DNA of 32,000 nt from Candidatus Saccharimonadota bacterium (GTDB lineage Bacteria > Pseudomonadota > Gammaproteobacteria > Enterobacterales > Enterobacteriaceae): positions 450,001 to 482,000 of the forward strand of contig NZ_CP046226.1 of the NCBI RefSeq assembly GCF_012562765.1. The letters are read 5' to 3'. Of this stretch, positions 20,136 to 28,589 are shown one piece after another (position 1 is the stretch's first letter; the number at the start of each line of letters is the position of its first letter). Below the pieces are notes generated by a model. The model was not told the DNA's origin. It searched no databases and saw only the letters and a program-made list of their open reading frames with translations. The position numbers and the translations under genes are program-made.

Positions 20136-20993
20136 TTAATTAAATTTTTTATATATAGTATAATATAACATAATTAACCCTATAATTACCATAGGAAAAG
20201 ATAATATTTGTCCCATGGTTATATAATTGTAAAAAAAACCTAATTGTATATCAGGTTCTCTAAAAAATTCTACAAAAATACGGAATATACCATAAAATAA
20301 TAAAAACATACTGGTATTATAACCTAATTTTTTTTTTTTAGTAAAATTTATATTTAAAATTATAAATAATATTAATCCTTCTAAAAAAAATTCATAAATT
20401 TGTGATGGATGTCTAGGTAAATTACCATATTGTATAAATAAATTTATAAAATTTTTATGATTTTGAATATAAATTAAATCTGATTCAATTGAATTAGGAA
20501 ATAACATCGCCCATGGAATATTAATAGTAACTCGTCCCCATAATTCATCATTAATAAAATTACCTATCCTTCCCATTCCTAATCCAAAAGGAATTAATGG
20601 AGTAATAAAATCAGTTAATTGTAAAAATTTTTTTTTATAAAAAATAGAATATATAAAAATAACTAAAACTGCACCAATCAATCCTCCATGGAAAGACATA
20701 CCACCTTCTCTTAATTTGATTAATGATATAGGATTAATTAAAAAATATTTTAAATTATAAAATAATATATATCCTATTCTTCCTCCTAATAAAAGTCCTA
20801 TAAAAGATAAATAAAATAAATTTTCATTTTCTTTATTTTGCAAATATAAATTACGATATAATTTTAATTTTGATATATTAATTACAAATAAAAAACTAAT
20901 TATATACATTAAACTATACCAATAAATATTAATTTTTCCTATTGTAATAGCAATAGGATTTATTTTTGGAAAAAATAAATATTTCATATTCAT
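20136..20993 (-). CDS. lgt: Phosphatidylglycerol-prolipoprotein diacylglyceryl transferase
   Basis: The homology-supported start is at 20993 (MNMKYLFFPKINPIAITIG...) or 20987, against E. coli MTSSYLHFPEFDPVIFSIG. The track ORF adds 24 residues up to 21065. Motifs present are GGMSFHGGLIG, GMGRIGNFINDELWG, LPRHPSQIYEF and FFREPD. Confidence 0.9.
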   Translation of the reverse strand: MNMKYLFFPKINPIAITIGKINIYWYSLMYIISFLFVINISKLKLYRNLYLQNKENENLFYLSFIGLLLGGRIGYILFYNLKYFLINPISLIKLREGGMSFHGGLIGAVLVIFIYSIFYKKKFLQLTDFITPLIPFGLGMGRIGNFINDELWGRVTINIPWAMLFPNSIESDLIYIQNHKNFINLFIQYGNLPRHPSQIYEFFLEGLILFIILNINFTKKKKLGYNTSMFLLFYGIFRIFVEFFREPDIQLGFFYNYITMGQILSFPMVIIGLIMLYYTIYKKFN

Positions 20994-21065
20994 TTTATTA
21001 TTATAAATAACAATATTATATATAATTATGTTAATGAGTAAAAATATTATTTTTAATAAATACAT

Positions 21066-21758
21066 ATGGATTATATGAATATAAATAAAATTTTTTCTAA
21101 TAATATTAATAGTGAAAAAATCTTATTACTAAGAGCATCATTAATAACAGGTCATTATCTAATAAATATTGCAAAATGGTTAAATTATAATATTCCAATA
21201 AATTTAAATAAAGATAAAGGATGGATAGGTAAATTAATTGAATTATATTTACTAGGTAATAAACAAAAAAATACATTTAATCAAGATATACCTCAAATAG
21301 GTATAGAAATTAAAACTATTCCTATTGATGAAAAAGGAAATACTATTAATGATACTTTTATATGTTCTTTTCCGTTAATAAATAAAAAAGTTTTTATTTG
21401 GAATAAAAGTAAATTATATAAGAAATTATCTAAAATTTTATGGATACCTATTATAACTAAAAGTAAAAATACTCCTCTTAGTATGCGAGTAATAGGTAAA
21501 CCAATTATATGGAAACCTTCAAAAAAAGATTATAAAAAATTATATAATGATTGGATTGGATTAATAACATTATTTATTTCTGGTAATATTGAAAATATAA
21601 ATTATTATAATGGTACTATTCTAGTAGTAAAAACAAAATCTAAAAAAAATAAATTAATAAAAACTATAAATAAAGATAATAATATTATTTTAACTAAGTC
21701 TAGAGCTTTTTATTTAAAAAAAAATTTTACAAAATTATTTTTTATAAAATATAAATAA
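21066..21758 (+). CDS. mutH: DNA mismatch repair endonuclease MutH
   Basis: The 230-aa ORF is colinear with E. coli MutH (229 aa). Shared segments include NLNKDKGWIG, QDIPQIGIEIKTIP (Asp/Glu/Lys with the D70/E77/K79 spacing), LWIPI and RAFYLKKNFT. Confidence 0.85.
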   Translation: MDYMNINKIFSNNINSEKILLLRASLITGHYLINIAKWLNYNIPINLNKDKGWIGKLIELYLLGNKQKNTFNQDIPQIGIEIKTIPIDEKGNTINDTFICSFPLINKKVFIWNKSKLYKKLSKILWIPIITKSKNTPLSMRVIGKPIIWKPSKKDYKKLYNDWIGLITLFISGNIENINYYNGTILVVKTKSKKNKLIKTINKDNNIILTKSRAFYLKKNFTKLFFIKYK

Positions 21759-21767
21759 GAATTTTAA

Positions 21768-22430
21768 ATGGAGGATTATATATTTAATTTTTTTTCTTGT
21801 AAAATACAACCAGTAAATTTATTTATTTTGTTATTTTTAATAATATTAGAAATAATATTAAATATAGATAATATTATTATTTATTCATTAGCTATATCTC
21901 AATTATCATATTTTAAAAAAACATTTAAAATAAAATATTTACTTTTTTTAATAATATTATTAATTCGTATTTATTTAATAAAATTTATTCTTTCTTTATC
22001 ATATATAAATAATATTGATATATTTTATATATATAGCTATCATTATACAATAAAAAATTTTATGTTTACAATAGGAGGAATAATTTTACTAAAAAAATAT
22101 TTTACAGAAAAATCTTTAAATAAAATTACAAATATTAAAAATTTTAAAATACAAAATAATAATAATTTTTTATTAATAAAAAATTATTTACAAATTATTT
22201 TTATAGATGTTATTTCAAGTTTAGATTCATTAATAATATTAACAAGTATAACAAAAAAATTTTTCTTAATATTTATAGCAGTAATTATTTCATATATTAT
22301 TATTATTTTTATAACAAATTTTATTATAAAAATAATTAATAAATATGAAATAATTAGATTATTAATTTTAAAAATATTATTTTTTTTAGGAATTACATTT
22401 TTAATTAAAGGAATCATTCATCTATTTTAA
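21768..22430 (+). CDS. TerC-family integral membrane protein (YgdQ-like by synteny)
   Basis: The 220-aa ORF is very hydrophobic and I/L/K/N-rich, with the two TerC-type signature segments LEIILNIDNIII and IDVISSLDSLI. Its position immediately after mutH matches E. coli ygdQ. The sequence is strongly degraded, so the call rests on motifs plus synteny. Confidence 0.55.
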   Translation: MEDYIFNFFSCKIQPVNLFILLFLIILEIILNIDNIIIYSLAISQLSYFKKTFKIKYLLFLIILLIRIYLIKFILSLSYINNIDIFYIYSYHYTIKNFMFTIGGIILLKKYFTEKSLNKITNIKNFKIQNNNNFLLIKNYLQIIFIDVISSLDSLIILTSITKKFFLIFIAVIISYIIIIFITNFIIKIINKYEIIRLLILKILFFLGITFLIKGIIHLF

Positions 22431-22431
22431 T

Positions 22432-23700
22432 TCAATAGATCTCTAAACTAATTAATTCTTGTATTTTTTGATGACGACGAATTTCTCTTGGAATACCGTT
22501 TTCAATCAATATTTCTGGTATTAAAGGTCTACTATTATAACAAGATGACATAGATGCTCCATAAGCACCTGTATCATGAAAAACTAAATAATCTCCAACA
22601 TGAACATATGGCAATAAACAAAATTTTATTTCTCCATTATCTGACTGAGTAAATACATCTCCTGCTTCACACAAAGGACCAGCAACTATAGCTTCTATTT
22701 TTGGTAAATATGACATATCTATACCTTTTGAAGAAATTGCTGATATATAATGATAACTTCCATACATTGCAGGTCTCATAAAATCATTAAAACCAACATC
22801 AACTAAAATAAACCGTTTTTCTTTTATTTTTTTTATAGCACATATTTGACAAATTAATATTCCTGATTCTGCTACTAAAAATCTACCAGGTTCAATTTCT
22901 AATTTTATATTTTTTTGTAAATGATTATTAATAATATTACGTGTTTTATTCCATAATTTAAAATAATGTTTCGTATCAACACTTTTATCATATAATTTAT
23001 AAGGCACAGATAAACCACCACCTGCAGATATTATATTAATTTTAGGAATATATGGTTTTAATACATAATCAGTCATAGCATCACATACTTTTTTTAAATG
23101 AGAATAATTAACACCTGATCCTATATGTATATGCATTCCTATTAATTTTAAATTATATTTATTTATAATTTCAATAGATTTTTTTAAATCTGTATGCCAT
23201 ATACCATGTTTACTATTTTCACCACCAGTATTAGTTTTTTTATTATGTCCATGTCCAAATCCTGGATTAATACGTAACCAAATATTATGATTTTTAGATA
23301 ATGGTCCTAATTGATGTAACATATCTATTGAACCAACATTAACAGTAATATTTAAATCTATAATACGTTTTAATGTATTAAAGTCAAAAATATCTGCTGT
23401 AAAAATAATATCATCTTTATTTTTATTATTATAACCAGCTATTAGTGCTCTTTCTATTTCTCCTAAAGATACTGCGTCTACTTTTACACCTTCTTTTCTC
23501 ATTAATTTTAAAATATTTATATTAGAACATGCTTTTTGAGCAAACCTGATAGTATCAAATTTTGCTAATTGTAAAATACGTTTTTTTATAGTTTCTGCAC
23601 AATATAACCAAATTGGAGAATTATATTTTTTTATAATAGAAAATATAGTTTTTGTTAAAAAACCATTTTTATTATGATAAATATCAAATATTTGTGTCAT
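22432..23700 (-). CDS. lysA: Diaminopimelate decarboxylase
   Basis: The 422-aa ORF is colinear with E. coli LysA (420 aa). Shared segments include RFAQKACSN (PLP lysine), SLGEIERAL, WLRINPGFGHGH, TNTGGENSKHGIW, SAGGGLSVPY, EIEPGRFLVAESG, GPLCEAGDVF and HDTGAYGASMSS. TGA stop at 22432-22434. Confidence 0.95.
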   Translation of the reverse strand: MTQIFDIYHNKNGFLTKTIFSIIKKYNSPIWLYCAETIKKRILQLAKFDTIRFAQKACSNINILKLMRKEGVKVDAVSLGEIERALIAGYNNKNKDDIIFTADIFDFNTLKRIIDLNITVNVGSIDMLHQLGPLSKNHNIWLRINPGFGHGHNKKTNTGGENSKHGIWHTDLKKSIEIINKYNLKLIGMHIHIGSGVNYSHLKKVCDAMTDYVLKPYIPKINIISAGGGLSVPYKLYDKSVDTKHYFKLWNKTRNIINNHLQKNIKLEIEPGRFLVAESGILICQICAIKKIKEKRFILVDVGFNDFMRPAMYGSYHYISAISSKGIDMSYLPKIEAIVAGPLCEAGDVFTQSDNGEIKFCLLPYVHVGDYLVFHDTGAYGASMSSCYNSRPLIPEILIENGIPREIRRHQKIQELISLEIY

Positions 23701-23935
23701 AATTACTATAACCTATAATATTTTAATAATTTTTAATAAAATTAATAATTTTTTTAACTAAAATTTTTGGAATATTTATTTAAATATATTTTAATATTTA
23801 TAAATAATTTAATTAATAATATATTTAAAAAAAATATTATTCAATATATAAAAAATTTTAAAATATATTCTTTAATTTTTATTAAATAAATTATATAAAA
23901 TTATATTTTAATACATTATTTACAATATAATTTAT

Positions 23936-24517
23936 ATGCAAAAAAAAATACTTCAACGAATAAAAATTCGTAATAAATGTAAAAAATTAAGAAAAAATAT
24001 TTCTATTATTAATAAACATATTTTAGATAATATTATTACTAATAAACTATTAAATTTTATCTCATTTAGAAAAAATCAAAATATAGGATTATTTATTTCT
24101 TTTTCAGGAGAAATAAATACAAATTTATTAATAAAAAAATTATGGTTACAAAATAAAACAGTTTTTGTTCCTATTATAGATCCATTTTTTAAAGGAAAAT
24201 TACTATTTTCTAAATATAATTCTAATACAATATTAAAATTTAATAAATTTAATATATTAGAACCTAACGTGAAAAAAGAATCTTTATTTTTAATTGATAT
24301 ATTAGATATAATAATAGTACCAATTGTATCATTTAATTTTAATCATTATAGATTAGGTATGGGTGGTGGATATTATGATAGATTATTAATAAATAAATCA
24401 AATAATATTTTACCTATAGGAATAGCTTATGATTGTCAATTAAATAATAAATTTCCTATTTGTAAATGGGATGTTCCATTACCAGTAATTATTACACAAT
24501 CTAAAATATGGTTATAA
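23936..24517 (+). CDS. ygfA: 5-formyltetrahydrofolate cyclo-ligase
   Basis: The 193-aa ORF carries the family motif RLGMGGGYYDR and the C-terminal WDVPLPVIITQSKIW (E. coli WDIPLPAVVTPSKVW). It is colinear with E. coli YgfA. Confidence 0.85.
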   Translation: MQKKILQRIKIRNKCKKLRKNISIINKHILDNIITNKLLNFISFRKNQNIGLFISFSGEINTNLLIKKLWLQNKTVFVPIIDPFFKGKLLFSKYNSNTILKFNKFNILEPNVKKESLFLIDILDIIIVPIVSFNFNHYRLGMGGGYYDRLLINKSNNILPIGIAYDCQLNNKFPICKWDVPLPVIITQSKIWL

Positions 24518-24772
24518 TTAATTAATAAAATATTAATGTTTAATATGGCTAATTTAAATATTAAATTAAATAAAATTTGATATAAAAATAATAATGAATT
24601 ATTGTATTAATTATTGTAAATAATTAATATTTAAAATTATTGATTTATGTTATTTATTAAATTTTATAATAATTAATTATATAATAAAACTCTTATTCAT
24701 AAATAAAATTAATTATTATTATAAAATATAAAATTTTAAAATAATAAATTAATTTAAAATTAGGTAAAAATA

Positions 24773-25027
24773 ATGTTCCAAAAAGAAATTATTATTAATA
24801 ATACTCATGGTTTACATATTCGTCCAGCAGCACTTTTTGTAAAAGAAGCTAAATCTTTTATTTCTGATATAACAATTACATCCAATGGAAAAACAGTTAA
24901 TGCTAAAAGTTTATTTAAGATACAAACATTAGGAATGACTAAAGGAACTTCAATTATTTTAACAGCTTACGGAATAGATGAAAAAGAAGCAATAGAACAT
25001 TTAATAAAAATTATTAAAAAATTATAA
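24773..25027 (+). CDS. ptsH: PTS phosphocarrier protein HPr
   Basis: The ORF is 84 aa. MFQKEIIINNTHGLHIRPAALFVKEAK carries His15 and NAKSLFKIQTLG carries Ser46. It is colinear with E. coli HPr. AGGT lies 7 nt upstream of the ATG. Confidence 0.95.
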   Translation: MFQKEIIINNTHGLHIRPAALFVKEAKSFISDITITSNGKTVNAKSLFKIQTLGMTKGTSIILTAYGIDEKEAIEHLIKIIKKL

Positions 25028-25151
25028 ATTATATTTAAAAATAAAATTATTCAAATTATTAATAATATATTTATAAAAATAATTAATTTTCTATTTAAAT
25101 GATATATTATTGAAATTAATAATATTTAATAAAAAATCATTAGATGATAAT

Positions 25152-25157
25152 AGAGGT
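25152..25157 (+). promoter_or_regulatory. Shine-Dalgarno sequence of ptsI (AGAGGT)
   Basis: AGAGGT lies 5 nt upstream of the ptsI ATG at 25163. Confidence 0.5.
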
Positions 25158-25162
25158 AAATT

Positions 25163-26875
25163 ATGATTTCAGGAATTTTAGCTTCTCCTGGTATTGCTTT
25201 TGGTAAAGCATTTTTATTAAAAGTAGATAATATTATTATTAATCATAATAAAATTATGAATAATCAAATAGAATTTGAAATTAAAAAATTTTTTGACGGA
25301 CAAAAAAAATCAATAGAACAAATTGAATTAATTAAAAATAAATCAATAAATAATTTTAATGATGAAAAAAAATCTATATTTGAAGGACATATTATACTTT
25401 TACAAGATGAAGAAATGATTAAAGAAGTTATTTCATTAATAAAAAATAATCTTTTATCAGCTGATGCTGCTGTAAATTATGTAATAAAATATCAAATAAA
25501 ATTATTAAAAAATCTTAAGGATGAATATTTAAAATCTAGAATAATTGATATTAAAGATATTGGTAATCGTTTAATAAAAAATATATTAGGTACTAATATT
25601 ATTAATTTAAATAAAATAAAAAATAAAGTAATTTTAATTGCTAAAGATCTTACACCATCAGAAACGGCTCAATTAAATTTAAAAAAAATTTTAGGATTTA
25701 TTACAGATTTTGGTAGTCAAACTTCTCATACAGCAATAATAGCTCGTTCTTTAGAAATACCAGCTATTGTAGGTACAGGAAATATTACTAGTAAAGTTAA
25801 AACAAATGATTATTTAATTTTAGATAGTATTAATAATAATATATATATAAATCCTACAATTAAAATAATTAATAAAATTAAATTAATATATAATAAATAT
25901 ATTTTTGAAAAAAATAAATTAATAAAATTAAGTAATTTACCAGCTATAACTAAAGATAATATAAAAATTAAAATATGTGCTAATATTAGTTCATTAGAAG
26001 ATTTAAATAATGCAAAAAAAAATGGTGCTGAAGGAATTGGATTATATCGTACAGAATTTTTATTTATGAATCGTAATTCTTTACCTTCAGAAGAGGAACA
26101 GTTTCATGCTTACAAAATAGTAGCAAAAAGTATGTATGGTAAATCTATTATTATCCGTACTATGGATATAGGAGGAGATAAAGATATTCCTTATATGAAT
26201 TTACCTAAGGAAAATAATCCTTTTTTAGGATGGAGAGCTATTAGAATAACTATGGATCGTAAAGAAATATTACATACACAATTAAGAGCTATTTTAAGAG
26301 CATCAATATTTGGAAAATTATGTATTATGTTTCCAATGATTATTTCTATTGAAGAAGTTTATTTTTTAAAAGAAGAATTAAATTTTTTAAAAAAACAACT
26401 TCAAAATGAAAAAAAACATTTTAATAAAAATATTCCAGTAGGAATTATGGTAGAAACTCCTGCATCAGCTATTATTTCTGAACATTTAGCAAAAGAAATT
26501 GATTTTTTTAGTATAGGTACAAACGATTTAACTCAATATACATTAGCTGTAGATCGTGGTAATGATTTAATTTCTCATTTATATAAACCAATATCTCCAT
26601 CTATTTTTTATTTAATAAAAAAAGTTATTAATGCATCACATTCAGAAGGTAAATGGACTGGTATGTGTGGTGAATTAGCTAGTGATGAACGTGTAATTCC
26701 AATTTTATTAGGAATGGGTTTAGATGAATTTAGTATGAGTTCAACATTTATTCCTAAAATAAAAAATATTATTAGAAATATAGAAATGAGTAAAGCAAAA
26801 ATTTTAGCAGATAATATCTTATTACAATCTACTATTAAAGATATTAATAATCTTATATATGAATTTAATAAATAA
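25163..26875 (+). CDS. ptsI: PTS enzyme I (phosphoenolpyruvate-protein phosphotransferase)
   Basis: The ORF is 570 aa. [39 protein letters not shown] (active-site His), [39 protein letters not shown] and GMCGELA are colinear with E. coli EI. Confidence 0.95.
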   Translation: MISGILASPGIAFGKAFLLKVDNIIINHNKIMNNQIEFEIKKFFDGQKKSIEQIELIKNKSINNFNDEKKSIFEGHIILLQDEEMIKEVISLIKNNLLSADAAVNYVIKYQIKLLKNLKDEYLKSRIIDIKDIGNRLIKNILGTNIINLNKIKNKVILIAKDLTPSETAQLNLKKILGFITDFGSQTSHTAIIARSLEIPAIVGTGNITSKVKTNDYLILDSINNNIYINPTIKIINKIKLIYNKYIFEKNKLIKLSNLPAITKDNIKIKICANISSLEDLNNAKKNGAEGIGLYRTEFLFMNRNSLPSEEEQFHAYKIVAKSMYGKSIIIRTMDIGGDKDIPYMNLPKENNPFLGWRAIRITMDRKEILHTQLRAILRASIFGKLCIMFPMIISIEEVYFLKEELNFLKKQLQNEKKHFNKNIPVGIMVETPASAIISEHLAKEIDFFSIGTNDLTQYTLAVDRGNDLISHLYKPISPSIFYLIKKVINASHSEGKWTGMCGELASDERVIPILLGMGLDEFSMSSTFIPKIKNIIRNIEMSKAKILADNILLQSTIKDINNLIYEFNK

Positions 26876-26907
26876 TATTAATATGTTTTATATAAACAAA
26901 GTATTTT

Positions 26908-26913
26908 AGGAGA
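26908..26913 (+). promoter_or_regulatory. Shine-Dalgarno sequence of crr (AGGAGA)
   Basis: AGGAGA lies 5 nt upstream of the crr ATG at 26919. Confidence 0.55.
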
Positions 26914-26918
26914 TAAAA

Positions 26919-27437
26919 ATGAATTTTTTTTCTGATATTTTTAAAAAAATAAAAAAAAAAATAATACAAAAAAATACTATTATCAAAGTTTTAGCACCTA
27001 TTTCTGGAGAAATAGTTGATATAACTACTGTTCCAGATTCTGTATTTTCTGATAAAATTATAGGAGATGGAATTGCAATTAATCCTACAGGTAATTTTAT
27101 TGTATCTCCAATAGATGGAAAAATAGGAAAAATTTTTGATACTAACCATGCTTTTTCTATTATATCACATAATGAAATAGAATTATTTGTACATTTTGGT
27201 ATTGATACAATTAATTTAAAAGGAAAAGGATTTAAACGTATATTTAATTTGAAAGAATCAAATATAGTTAAAAAAGGAGAAATAATTATTGAATTAGACT
27301 TAGATTATTTAATTAAAACAGCAAAATCAATATTAACTCCTGTAGTAATTTCTAATATTGAAGATATTAAAGAAATAAGAAAATATTCTGGTAAAGTTAT
27401 TGCAGGTGTTGATCCAGTATTAAAAATAACTAAATAA
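26919..27437 (+). CDS. crr: PTS glucose-specific enzyme IIA component
   Basis: The ORF is 172 aa. APISGEIVDITTVPDSVFSDKIIGDGIAINPTG, TNHAFSI and ELFVHFGIDT (both catalytic His) and LTPVVISN are colinear with E. coli IIA-Glc. Confidence 0.95.
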   Translation: MNFFSDIFKKIKKKIIQKNTIIKVLAPISGEIVDITTVPDSVFSDKIIGDGIAINPTGNFIVSPIDGKIGKIFDTNHAFSIISHNEIELFVHFGIDTINLKGKGFKRIFNLKESNIVKKGEIIIELDLDYLIKTAKSILTPVVISNIEDIKEIRKYSGKVIAGVDPVLKITK

Positions 27438-27851
27438 TATTTAAAATTTTACTATATAAAATATATTCAATTTTTTATTTTAAAATATTAACTATATTTC
27501 AGTATTTATTTAAAAAAATTAATAAATAATTATTTAATATTAATAAAATTTTTTATAGGAGTAAAATATAGATAATTAATTTTAATAATTAAAATTTAAT
27601 ATAATAATGATTAAATTATTAATTTTAGAAAAATAATTTTTATGTTTTTTATATATTAATTATAAATAAATTTATAAAATAAAAAATTATTAAATAATAT
27701 GAAATTATTAATTTATAAAACTTAAATTGTCAAAATTTTATTTTGTATGAGTTTTTTATGTCATAAATATATTTTAATAAAATATTATTTATTTAAAACA
27801 TTAATTTCTATTATATAAAATATTTTATTGTAGTATTTTAATTAAATTTTA

Positions 27852-28574
27852 TTAAATATTAGCATTATGATAAATTTTTTTTATATCATTATTTAATTTT
27901 AATAAATTTAAAAAATTTAATAATTTATTTTTTGTTAATATATCAATATTTTGTTTGATTAAAGGAATCATAGTTAATTTAAAATTAACTGGCTTAATTA
28001 AAATTTTTTTCATTTCTAATAGTATAACTTTATATTTTTCTTTATTAAAAATAAGATCAATTATTTTATTATTAATAATAATATCTTCAGCTTGTAATTT
28101 TTCAGCAATATCCATAACATAATCTACATTATTTTTATTATAAAATGATATTTTAATTTTTTTTTGAAACATATAAGAAACAGCACCACTATTTCCTAAA
28201 CGATGACCTATTTTACTAAAAGAATTTCTTATTTCAGAAACTGTTCTATTTTTATTATTTGTAACACAATTAATAATTAATGCAATATTTCCAGGACCAT
28301 AACCTTCATAAGAAATATTTGTCATATTAACTGATAATATTTTTTTATTTAATTTCTTAAATAATATTTTTTTTATTGTAGATCTATTCATATTATATGA
28401 TAAACCTTTTTCTATAGCTAAACGTAATTTAGTATTATATTGTGGATTAATTGTTCCTCCTAATTTACTAGCAGAATTTAATTCTCTAGCAATTTTAGTA
28501 AATATTTTATCTTTTTTTATATCTTGTGATGCTTTACGATAACGCATATTAGACCATTTACTATGTCCAGCCAT
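27852..28574 (-). CDS. yebC: YebC/PmpR family DNA-binding transcriptional regulator
   Basis: The ORF is 240 aa. MAGHSKWSNMRYRKASQDIKKDKIFTKIARE, YEGYGPGNIA and NKNRTVSEIR are colinear with E. coli YebC. AAGGA lies upstream of the ATG. Confidence 0.9.
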   Translation of the reverse strand: MAGHSKWSNMRYRKASQDIKKDKIFTKIARELNSASKLGGTINPQYNTKLRLAIEKGLSYNMNRSTIKKILFKKLNKKILSVNMTNISYEGYGPGNIALIINCVTNNKNRTVSEIRNSFSKIGHRLGNSGAVSYMFQKKIKISFYNKNNVDYVMDIAEKLQAEDIIINNKIIDLIFNKEKYKVILLEMKKILIKPVNFKLTMIPLIKQNIDILTKNKLLNFLNLLKLNNDIKKIYHNANI

Positions 28575-28589
28575 AAGAATTCCTTTATA

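Noticed and set aside
20994-21065. 24-codon N-terminal extension of lgt whose ATG abuts the mutH ATG back-to-back (CATATG at 21063-21068), implying zero divergent intergenic space or an extra TM helix
   Set aside because: E. coli Lgt aligns from MNMKYLFFPKINP (20993). The extension is a hydrophobic translation of AT-rich promoter DNA. Using the internal start restores a 72-nt divergent promoter region. This cannot be fully excluded without N-terminal data.
22184-22417. 77-aa minus-strand ORF inside the TerC-like gene
   Set aside because: It is an antisense, I/K/N-only translation in AT-rich sequence with no independent support.
24518-24772. Regulatory elements (CRP site, promoter) or a lost gene in the 255-nt ygfA-ptsH spacer and the 135-nt ptsH-ptsI spacer
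   Set aside because: There is no TGTGA...TCACA-like motif. -10/-35-like hexamers are ubiquitous at this composition, so any promoter call would be uninformative. The only signal is the AGGT Shine-Dalgarno before ptsH.
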